From positions 215-64,214 of the forward strand of contig CAYNLU010000003.1 in assembly GCA_964398205.1 (NCBI GenBank): a DNA stretch of 64,000 bases, written 5' to 3'. Made by a program: the position numbers and the translations under genes. Position 1 is the stretch's first letter, and every line of letters begins with the position of its first letter. This document shows, in pieces, positions 22,237 through 30,034 of this stretch. This stretch comes from an uncultured Candidatus Saccharibacteria bacterium. GTDB lineage: Bacteria; Patescibacteriota; Minisyncoccia; Phycocordibacterales; UBA9973. Under the pieces are notes generated by a model. That model worked only from the letters and a program-made list of their open reading frames with translations. It was not told where the DNA came from and did no database searches.

Positions 22237-22250
22237 TTAAGGGCTTTTTT
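22223..22250. terminator. intrinsic terminator
   Basis: agcccttaa-gtaa-ttaagggct followed by T-run. Confidence 0.75.
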
Positions 22251-22251
22251 A

Positions 22252-24156
22252 TTATCTTTTTATTTTACTAAAATCTATTTTTTCTTCTTTACCTTTTGTG
22301 ATTTTATCAGGTTGGAATACGCTATTTAACTTTACCGTATCTTTAGAAATAGTTAGATTACCGTCTCTCCAAATTTTCATTTGCAGTAGCATTCCTTCCA
22401 TAGTATTTTTACTAAATTTTTGATCAAATATAAAGTTTCCGAGTGAATAAGCAATAAATCCGTTTTTATAAATTTCAGTATTTTGAACTACGTGAGGATG
22501 ATGCCCGATAACTATTTTCGCTCCGTTATCGATAGCGAGATGAGCGAGAGTTTGTTGCCTTTTATTATTAGTAGTTTTATATTCGTCTCCGAAATGAAAA
22601 GATACTATTAGGTAATCTACTTCTTTAGACGCATTATTAATTATTTCTTTAATACGAGGATTATTTGCGAGCAAAATACCTCTTTTGTCTAAAGTCGGTT
22701 TTAAGTTTTGAGGCCCAACGTCCGAAAATCCTAAGAATCCGATTTTCATGTCGTATTGCTCGATGATTGTTGGTTTTTCAATTTCATTACTATATCCGCC
22801 TCCAGTATAAAGGATTTCATTTTCAGTAAGTCTGTCCAAGGTATCCGAGAAGGCGAGAGGGCCCCAATCTCCCGCATGATTATTCGCAACTGATAAAATA
22901 TTAAATCCTGCTCCTTTAAGAGCCGGAATTGCGTTTGGATCCATACGGAAAGAATATAGATTTCGTAAATCTTTACCTTGATCAGAAGCTGGACCCTCGA
23001 GATTTGCAAAGACAATATCGGATTTCTCTAAGATATCCATTTTGTCAAAAAGTTTAGAATAATCTCCTGAGAAATTTTTATTTACTGAACTTCGAACTCC
23101 GCGATCAAGCATAATATCTCCTAAGAACGACAAGCTTACGTAATCTGGATCTTTAATACTTGGAATATTTAACTTTTCTTTTATCCAATCAGAGTAGGCT
23201 GTTGCTCCTCCTCCATAATATACGTTTTTGTCTAAATATTTTAAAATAGTATTTATATCTCGAGCTCTGTCTTTGGATTGGAGTAAAACTATCCCGATAG
23301 GTCTTTTGATATCTTTACCTAAAGGTAATTCGAATACTGAAACTACAGTTTGCTTTGCTGGATTTGTAAAGCCACTTTTACCTCCTACGTAATTTGGATT
23401 TCTTAGAAACTGATTCGTACTGTACCAAGAATGCTTTTTAGTAGTATAGCTACGAGTTTTTGAAATATCTAAAAGATTTTTCTTATTTTTATAAATATAA
23501 CCAGTAAGTTTAAATAAATCCAATACTGTCGATTGATTCTTGCTAGAGAGTCCACTCGGATCATCATAAAAAGTATTATCCATCTTTAAGATGGAAGCTT
23601 GTTGATTCATTTTCTTGAGAAAACTTTCTCGTTCGTAGTTTCTCGCTAATACTTCTGAAGCATCATTACTAGATTGCAAAAGTAGAGGATATAATAAATC
23701 TTTAACTTTGATTTGTTCTCCCTTGTAGAGTCCGCCGTTAGTTCCATAAGTTTTTAAAGCTTCAGTACTTACTTTGGCTGTGTCTTCTTTTTGAGAAATT
23801 TCGTCTGCCACCAGAGCTGTCATTAGTTTAGAAACTGAAGCGATAGGGTAAACTTTATCAGCGTTTTTAGAAAGTATTATTTCTCCAGTATGAAGATCTC
23901 CAACTACATAACTAAGTGAGGAAACCTTAAGATTTGAATCTTCAGTTTTATTAAAATAAAAATATTTTTGTTTTTCTTCTTTAACTATTTGATTATTTAA
24001 AATTGCGCTAGCTGTCAAGTTCTCTTCGAGAGGAACTATATTGTTTTCTAGTTTACGGTAGGGGAAGTCTGCTAAAAGAAAATTTACAAAAAATACACCA
24101 ACTAAAATAGGGAATAGTGCAAATATAAAAGTTTTGATTTTTTTATTATTTCTCAT
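22252..24156 (-). CDS. D-alanyl-D-alanine carboxypeptidase (S11) fused to a CapA/PGA_cap metallophosphatase-like domain
   Basis: SVSK (SxxK), SSN, KSG penicillin-binding motifs; GDIMLDR, ANNH, GHHPH, YSLGNF CapA motifs; N-terminal TM. Confidence 0.88.
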   Translation of the reverse strand: MRNNKKIKTFIFALFPILVGVFFVNFLLADFPYRKLENNIVPLEENLTASAILNNQIVKEEKQKYFYFNKTEDSNLKVSSLSYVVGDLHTGEIILSKNADKVYPIASVSKLMTALVADEISQKEDTAKVSTEALKTYGTNGGLYKGEQIKVKDLLYPLLLQSSNDASEVLARNYERESFLKKMNQQASILKMDNTFYDDPSGLSSKNQSTVLDLFKLTGYIYKNKKNLLDISKTRSYTTKKHSWYSTNQFLRNPNYVGGKSGFTNPAKQTVVSVFELPLGKDIKRPIGIVLLQSKDRARDINTILKYLDKNVYYGGGATAYSDWIKEKLNIPSIKDPDYVSLSFLGDIMLDRGVRSSVNKNFSGDYSKLFDKMDILEKSDIVFANLEGPASDQGKDLRNLYSFRMDPNAIPALKGAGFNILSVANNHAGDWGPLAFSDTLDRLTENEILYTGGGYSNEIEKPTIIEQYDMKIGFLGFSDVGPQNLKPTLDKRGILLANNPRIKEIINNASKEVDYLIVSFHFGDEYKTTNNKRQQTLAHLAIDNGAKIVIGHHPHVVQNTEIYKNGFIAYSLGNFIFDQKFSKNTMEGMLLQMKIWRDGNLTISKDTVKLNSVFQPDKITKGKEEKIDFSKIKR

Positions 24157-24161
24157 TTATA

Positions 24162-26138
24162 TTATTTTACTAAATCGTAATCGATAATTTTTCTTTCAAG
24201 ATCTACTTTTTTAACTTTAATTTTTATTTTATCTCCGAATTTATATTTCTTGCCTTTTTTCTTACCTACGAGTTCCATTTTCTTTTCATCTAAGAAATAA
24301 AAATCATCATTAAGATCTCGCATTCTTATCATACCGTCAGTCTTAGTTTCTATTTCTTCTACATAAAGTCCCCATTCATTCATACCGCTTATAATACCTG
24401 TAAACACTTCACCAATACGTGAGGACATATATTCGATTTGTTTATATTTAATAGAAGAACGTTCAGCTTCAGAAGCCTTTTTCTCTTGATCACTCGCAAC
24501 CATTGCAATATCTTTATATTCTTCTTTATTGAATTTATTTTTATCTTTTAGTAGATGATTTTGAAGTAAACGATGAACTATGATATCTGGATATCGACGA
24601 ATAGGTGAAGTGAAGTGAGTATAATATTTGAACGCAAGTCCGTAATGTCCTATATTTTTTGTAGAGTAAATTGCTTTTTGCATACTACGAACGATAGCGC
24701 GGTTAATAGTATCGCGTTCATCTTTATTTTTAATACTTTCTACTATACGATTTATCTCGTAATAGGGAATAATTCCGTCTTTCATTTTGACGTTATATTT
24801 AAGACTTTTTAGGAATAAGAAAAGATCATAACTTTTATCTGGGTCTGGTTTGTCGTGAATACGATAGATAAAAATATCTTTCATATTTTTATCTTTAGAA
24901 ACTCTCTCGGCTACCTTACGATTTGCGAGTAGCATAAATTCTTCTATCATTTTATTGGCATCAGTCCGTTCCTTTTTGATAACTTTAATAGGTTTATTAT
25001 TTTCATCTAAGATAAATTTTACTTCTTCTTGATCGAGAGAAATCGCTCCGTCTTTAAAGCGAGCTTTAGTCAAGTTTTTTGCGATTTGATTTAAAATACT
25101 TAGTTCTTTGTGTAAATACGATTTGTCGTCCAAGATATTTTGATAAGCTTCTTCGTAAGTAAATCTTTTATCAGAATGAATTACAGTTTTTCCGTACCAT
25201 TCTTTTAAAACTTCACCATTTTTATTTAATTCAAAAACCGCACTCATAGTTAAGCGATCTTGGTTCGGTACTAGAGAGCATAAATCATTTGATAAAACTT
25301 CTGGTAGCATAGGTATAGTTCTATCTACTAGATAAATCGAAGTTGCTCTTTCTTTAGCTTCACTATCTATGTGACTTTGCGGTAGTACATAATGACTAAC
25401 GTCAGCAATATGAATACCTATTTCGTATTTATCTTTGCTTAATTCACGAAAAGAAATCGCATCATCGAAATCTTTAGCATCATGAGGATCTATGGTAAAA
25501 GTTAAAACTTCTCTGAAATCTTTACGGTTTTGATAATCTTCTTTTTGTATACCGCGAGCTTTGATTTTATTTGCTTCATCGTGAGTTATCTCTTTAAGCT
25601 CCATATCAAACCCTCTTTCAAGTACGATAGAATGCATTTCGGCATTATGATCTCCTTTTTTACCGAGAACTTTTACTATTTCACCGATAGGACTTTTGAG
25701 AGGATCTTTGAAGCTAACGATTTTACCATAAACTTTATCTCCTTCGAGAGCTCCGTTTAGAGATTCTTGCGGGATTAAAATATCGGTATACATTTTAGTA
25801 TCATCAGGATGCAAAAAGTATATCCCGTTTTCTTTTTCAATTACTCCCGAGAATCCAAGTTTATATCTACTGATAATTTCTTCAACTTTTCCTGTAAATT
25901 TATTATCTTTTTTATTTAAAATAATAACTCGAACTTTATCTTGGTTGAGTGCTGTATTTAGGTGCTTGTAGTCAATTTCAATTTCTTTTTTGTCATCGAT
26001 TTTCAGGTAACCGATACCTTTAGGGGATACCGATATATTACCCACTATTTCTCTTTGAAAGTTTTTGAAAGAAAATTCCTTGTTTTGTTTAATTTTAGTT
26101 TTTTTATCCTTATATTCCTTTGTTTTTTTAGATTTCAT
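24162..26138 (-). CDS. rnr: ribonuclease R
   Basis: TIDPHDAKDFDDAIS, HIADVSHYV, IEEFML, HFTSPIRRYPD, C-terminal S1. Confidence 0.96.
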   Translation of the reverse strand: MKSKKTKEYKDKKTKIKQNKEFSFKNFQREIVGNISVSPKGIGYLKIDDKKEIEIDYKHLNTALNQDKVRVIILNKKDNKFTGKVEEIISRYKLGFSGVIEKENGIYFLHPDDTKMYTDILIPQESLNGALEGDKVYGKIVSFKDPLKSPIGEIVKVLGKKGDHNAEMHSIVLERGFDMELKEITHDEANKIKARGIQKEDYQNRKDFREVLTFTIDPHDAKDFDDAISFRELSKDKYEIGIHIADVSHYVLPQSHIDSEAKERATSIYLVDRTIPMLPEVLSNDLCSLVPNQDRLTMSAVFELNKNGEVLKEWYGKTVIHSDKRFTYEEAYQNILDDKSYLHKELSILNQIAKNLTKARFKDGAISLDQEEVKFILDENNKPIKVIKKERTDANKMIEEFMLLANRKVAERVSKDKNMKDIFIYRIHDKPDPDKSYDLFLFLKSLKYNVKMKDGIIPYYEINRIVESIKNKDERDTINRAIVRSMQKAIYSTKNIGHYGLAFKYYTHFTSPIRRYPDIIVHRLLQNHLLKDKNKFNKEEYKDIAMVASDQEKKASEAERSSIKYKQIEYMSSRIGEVFTGIISGMNEWGLYVEEIETKTDGMIRMRDLNDDFYFLDEKKMELVGKKKGKKYKFGDKIKIKVKKVDLERKIIDYDLVK

Positions 26139-26175
26139 TATTATAAATATAGCATAAAATAGGCAATTGAATGAC

Positions 26176-26204
26176 TTGACTTTTTATATAAAGTATGATA
26201 TACT
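26176..26204 (+). promoter_or_regulatory. sigma70 promoter of the Tyr-repeat gene (leaderless)
   Basis: TTGACT-17 nt-TATACT with extended -10 TG; ATG 6 nt downstream. Confidence 0.8.
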
Positions 26205-26210
26205 ATTAGT

Positions 26211-28085
26211 ATGAAAATAAAAGGAGTTTTCTTAAATTTAATAGTTTTAGCCTTATTTTTATTGCCTTTTTCAAGTGCTTTCGCTTGTAATGGTTGTAAT
26301 ATTGTTTTGCCTGGAGGTGGTTATATTATCAACGGCTCTTATAAAGCAACTGCAAGCGGTTTAAATACAGCTGATTTTACAACCTTGGCTTCTTATCTAG
26401 AAAATGGAGGCTATTTTACTAATGCTCAATATAAAACTCTTGGTAATTACTTAACTCCAGCCGATTACAAAGAATTAGGTTCATATCTAACTCCTGCTAA
26501 TTATGCGACTTTAGGTTCTTACTTAGAACCCGCAGACTATAAAGCTCTTGCTTCATATTTAGATAGCGCAGACTATAAAGTGCTTGGAAGTTATCTTACT
26601 CCTGCTGATTACAAAGAATTAGGTTCATATCTTACTCCAGCCGATTACAAAGTGATTGGTTCTTACTTAGAACCAGCAGACTATAAAGCTCTTGCTTCAT
26701 ATTTAGATGCAGGTGATTATCAAACTTTAGCATCATACTTAACTCCAGCAGATTACAAAGTTATTGGAAGTTACTTAACTCCAGCAGATTATCAAGTACT
26801 TGGAAGTTACCTTACTCCTGCTGACTATAAAGTTTTAGGATCCTATCTAGACGCAGGTGATTATCAAACTTTAGCATCATATTTAACTCCATCAGATTAC
26901 AAAGTTATTGGAAGTTACTTAACTCCAGCCGATTACCAAATTCTTGGAAGCTATCTAACTCCGGCGGACTATCAAGTTATCGGTTCATACTTAACTCCAG
27001 CAGATTACCAAATTCTTGCTTCTTATCTGACTCAAGGCGACTATAAAGCCCTTGCTTCATATTTAGATAGTGCAGATTATAAAGTGCTCGGCGCATATCT
27101 AACTCCAGCCGATTATCAAATTCTTGGAAGCTATCTAACTCCGGCAGATTACAAAGTATTAGCAAGTTATCTTACTCCAGCCGATTATCAAGTACTTGGA
27201 AGTTACCTTACTCCTGCTGACTATAAAGTTTTAGGATCCTATCTAGACGCAGGTGACTATCAAGTTTTAGGTTCGTATTTAGATAACGCGGACTATATTG
27301 CTTTGGGTGCATATCATACAAACGGTGCTTACTATGTAAATGGAGGATACTTTGTAAATGGTAGCTTTGTTGCAAGCGGAAGTTACAACACAAACGGAGC
27401 ATATCTAGGAAGTGGTAGTTACGATACAAACGGAGGTTACTTTACTTCTGGATCTTACGATGCGAATGGAAACTATATTACAAACGGAGGTTACTATGCT
27501 CCTGGTAGTTATAATACTAATGCTGGTTATTACACAAACGGAGGTTATTATACTCCAGGCTCATACAACACAAACGGAGCATATCTAGGAAGTGGTAGTT
27601 ACGATACAAACGGAGGTTACTTTACTTCTGGATCTTACGATGCGAATGGAAACTATATTACAAACGGAGGTTACTATGCTCCTGGTAGTTATAATACTAA
27701 TGCTGGTTATTACACAAACGGAGGTTATTATACTCCAGGCTCATACAACACAAACGGAGCATATAATACCAACGGAGCTGTTTTAGTTAACGGAGGAGTT
27801 AATACTCAAGGATCATATAATACTAATGGTTCATACAATACTTCTGGAGCGGTTAATACAAATGGAAGTTATTCTACTTTAGGAGGCTATAATTCTCAAA
27901 GTTCTTATAATACTAAAGGAGCAACAAATATTAACGCTTCTTATAATTCAACTGCGAGTTATAATTCTACAGCTTCTTATAATTCTAAAGGTTCAATAAA
28001 TACTAAAGGGAATTATAATACTACTGGTAGCTATAATACTAAAGGTTCTGTTAAAAGTAGCGGAGGTTATACTACTAGTGGATAA
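26211..28085 (+). CDS. secreted Tyr-periodic tandem-repeat protein of unknown function
   Basis: Signal peptide (..SSAFA|C); 24 copies of a 12-aa YLTPADYKVLGS-type unit, then about 40 hexapeptides of YxxxG[SGA] type; synonymous variation between repeats supports coding. Confidence 0.85.
   Translation: MKIKGVFLNLIVLALFLLPFSSAFACNGCNIVLPGGGYIINGSYKATASGLNTADFTTLASYLENGGYFTNAQYKTLGNYLTPADYKELGSYLTPANYATLGSYLEPADYKALASYLDSADYKVLGSYLTPADYKELGSYLTPADYKVIGSYLEPADYKALASYLDAGDYQTLASYLTPADYKVIGSYLTPADYQVLGSYLTPADYKVLGSYLDAGDYQTLASYLTPSDYKVIGSYLTPADYQILGSYLTPADYQVIGSYLTPADYQILASYLTQGDYKALASYLDSADYKVLGAYLTPADYQILGSYLTPADYKVLASYLTPADYQVLGSYLTPADYKVLGSYLDAGDYQVLGSYLDNADYIALGAYHTNGAYYVNGGYFVNGSFVASGSYNTNGAYLGSGSYDTNGGYFTSGSYDANGNYITNGGYYAPGSYNTNAGYYTNGGYYTPGSYNTNGAYLGSGSYDTNGGYFTSGSYDANGNYITNGGYYAPGSYNTNAGYYTNGGYYTPGSYNTNGAYNTNGAVLVNGGVNTQGSYNTNGSYNTSGAVNTNGSYSTLGGYNSQSSYNTKGATNINASYNSTASYNSTASYNSKGSINTKGNYNTTGSYNTKGSVKSSGGYTTSG
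26448..27311 (+). repeat. 36-bp coding tandem repeat array (24 units)
   Basis: Degenerate 36-nt units such as tacttaactccagccgattacaaagaattaggttca. Confidence 0.85.
27384..27764 (+). repeat. exact 180-bp tandem duplication (about 2.1 copies) in the repeat gene
   Basis: Lines 27421/27601 and 27481/27661 are identical; identity spans 27384-27584 vs 27564-27764. Confidence 0.9.
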
Positions 28086-28121
28086 ATTTGCGTTTTTACA
28101 ATTTTATGTTAAACTAACTTT

Positions 28122-28424
28122 ATGTTAAAAATTAGATTACAAAGAATAGGAAGAAAGAACGAACCTTCATTTCGCGTTGTATTAACTGATTCAAAGAATG
28201 CTGCTAAAAGTGGTAAATTCTTAGAGATAGTTGGTTCATATAATCCGAAAGCAGGAGAGACTATCTTTAAAGCAGATAGAATCAAGCATTGGATAAAAAA
28301 TGGAGCTCAAATTTCTGATACTGTTCACAACTTCTTGGTATCACAAAAAGTTATCGAAGGTAAAAAGAAAAATGTTTTACCTAAGAAAAAAATAACTCTA
28401 AAAAGAAAAGAAGCTAAAAAATAA
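28122..28424 (+). CDS. rpsP: 30S ribosomal protein S16
   Basis: MLKIRLQRIGRKNEPSFRVV..GKFLEIVGSYNP..GAQISDTV. Confidence 0.97.
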   Translation: MLKIRLQRIGRKNEPSFRVVLTDSKNAAKSGKFLEIVGSYNPKAGETIFKADRIKHWIKNGAQISDTVHNFLVSQKVIEGKKKNVLPKKKITLKRKEAKK

Positions 28425-28448
28425 AATCCCAAAAGGGATTTTATTTTT
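28417..28448 (+). terminator. intrinsic terminator after rpsP
   Basis: aaaaataaaatccc-aaaa-gggattttattttt. Confidence 0.75.
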
Positions 28449-28551
28449 TAGTTGAAAGAGAAAATTTTATTTTGTATAATATAAAAATAGCAGTACTTTA
28501 TTATTTATATGGTCGTATACTGCTTAAATTAAAAACTTAACTCTCTTTATT

Positions 28552-28869
28552 ATGGATACTGACAGACAATTTCTAGAATATGTAGTTAAAGCTCTTGTTG
28601 ATAATCCGAACGATGTAAAAATCGATCGTACTGTTGATGAGATGGGAGTTCTTATTTCTCTTTCCGTTAACCCTGCTGATATGGGTAAAATTATCGGAAG
28701 AATGGGAAATACTGCAAAAGCAATTAGAACACTTCTTAGAATCATCGGCATGAAAAACAATGCTCGTGTGAATCTAAAGATCAATGAGCCAGAAGGAGGT
28801 GCAAGTACTCATACTTCTCCAACTTTGAAAACTGTTGATCAAGCAATGGAAGATTTGAAAGGAATATAA
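28552..28869 (+). CDS. khpA: KH-domain RNA-binding protein (KhpA/YlqC family)
   Basis: DMGKIIGRMGNTAKAIRTLL (GxxG); conserved rpsP-khpA-trmD context; promoter TTGAAA-17-TATAAT upstream. Confidence 0.9.
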   Translation: MDTDRQFLEYVVKALVDNPNDVKIDRTVDEMGVLISLSVNPADMGKIIGRMGNTAKAIRTLLRIIGMKNNARVNLKINEPEGGASTHTSPTLKTVDQAMEDLKGI

Positions 28870-28873
28870 AAAC

Positions 28874-28899
28874 TAAAAAGCCCCAAATGGGGCTTTTTA
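28874..28899 (+). terminator. intrinsic terminator after khpA
   Basis: taaaaagcccc-aaat-ggggcttttta. Confidence 0.8.
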
Positions 28900-28914
28900 T
28901 GTTATGATAGTTTT

Positions 28915-29577
28915 ATGAATTTTCATATTGTAACTTTATTTAAAGAAAGCTTTGATTCTTATCTCGGAGAATCTATACTTGCGCGTGCAATCAAAGACAA
29001 ATTAATCCACACAGATTTCTATAATCCGAGAGATTTTTTACCTAAAAAAGATAATAATTATAAGCCAGTAGATGATAGACCGTACGGAGGGGGTCCGGGT
29101 ATGGTTATGAGAGCAGAGCCGGTTTTAAAGGCAGTAGAAAAAGCTATTAAAAAAATAAATAAAAACCCTAAAGCAAAAACCTTAGTGATTAATTTTATCC
29201 CAAGCGCAGAGAAATTTACTACGAGTCACGCTAAAACTTTTTCTAAAAAATATACTGACATAATTTTGATTTGTGGTAGGTATGAAGGTATTGATGCTCG
29301 GGTAGATAAAATATTAAAAACAAAAAAATTATCTATAGGGGATTACGTATTAACTGGAGGCGAATTGCCAGCATTAGTATTAATAGATTCTATTTCTCGT
29401 CAGGTAAAAGGAGTATTAGGTAAATATGAATCTCTTGAAGAAGAGAGAATTTCAATTAGTGAAGTTTATACTAGGCCCGAAGTTTTAAAATGGGGTACTA
29501 AAAATTATAAAGTTCCAAAAGTTTTGCTTTCAGGGAACCACAAACTTATAGAAGAATGGAAAAAATCTAAAAAATAG
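28915..29577 (+). CDS. trmD: tRNA (guanine37-N1)-methyltransferase
   Basis: VDDRPYGGGPGMVM, ICGRYEGID, SIGDYVLTGGELPA, VPKVLLSGNH. Confidence 0.97.
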   Translation: MNFHIVTLFKESFDSYLGESILARAIKDKLIHTDFYNPRDFLPKKDNNYKPVDDRPYGGGPGMVMRAEPVLKAVEKAIKKINKNPKAKTLVINFIPSAEKFTTSHAKTFSKKYTDIILICGRYEGIDARVDKILKTKKLSIGDYVLTGGELPALVLIDSISRQVKGVLGKYESLEEERISISEVYTRPEVLKWGTKNYKVPKVLLSGNHKLIEEWKKSKK

Positions 29578-29584
29578 AATCTTT

Positions 29585-29610
29585 ACCCAGTCAGTCGCGA
29601 CCGACGGGGT
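29585..29610. repeat. dispersed palindromic element, copy A
   Basis: acccagtcagtcgcgaccgacggggt; similar to 52467-52500 and 57605-57630. Confidence 0.8.
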
Positions 29611-29661
29611 TTACTTTTATACTACATTATTGTATATTTGTTTTAATAAAAATTGTACATT

Positions 29662-29796
29662 ATGATTTTAACTTATTTTGTTATTACCCCAGAATACTTC
29701 GTGAGAGGTGTTGTAGGGTTTCTTGTTTTATGTCTATTTTTTTATGCTGTACTTCATTTTAACAGCATAAGGAATAAGAAAAACTCTGTTTATTAG
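29662..29796 (+). CDS. 44-aa single-TM small protein (not in ORF track)
   Basis: MILTYFVITPEYFVRGVVGFLVLCLFFYAVLHFNSIRNKKNSVY*; hydrophobic core, basic tail; followed by a terminator hairpin. Confidence 0.5.
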   Translation: MILTYFVITPEYFVRGVVGFLVLCLFFYAVLHFNSIRNKKNSVY

Positions 29797-29807
29797 CAGA
29801 GTATTAG

Positions 29808-29835
29808 CTGGGTGCTTTATAAGCATCCAGTTTTT
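29808..29835 (+). terminator. intrinsic terminator after small ORF
   Basis: ctgggtgctt-tat-aagcatccag followed by T-run. Confidence 0.7.
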
Positions 29836-30034
29836 AATTTTAAATTTGCAATTTTTTAGATTTTATGATAAACTCTTTCTAGATTGAATGATTGAGTTTC
29901 GGATGCAATCTCTTATTATAAGCCTTTAAAAGTTTTAATAGTATCCGAATTAAATAGACGTAAAATAAAAGTATACCTTTTATTTCTTTTTGTTTTTTGC
30001 GGATACTCCCGTTACGAGCCGGGTAATAATATAT

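Noticed and set aside
26448-27311. 36-bp periodic array as a possible CRISPR array
   Set aside because: Units are contiguous with no unique spacers, vary mainly at synonymous positions within an open frame, and no cas genes are present
26448-27311. Resemblance of LTPADYKVLAS to the TALE repeat start LTPEQVVAIAS
   Set aside because: The period is 12 aa rather than 33-35, there is no RVD or GGKQALE segment, and the protein has a signal peptide; probably a shared helix N-cap motif
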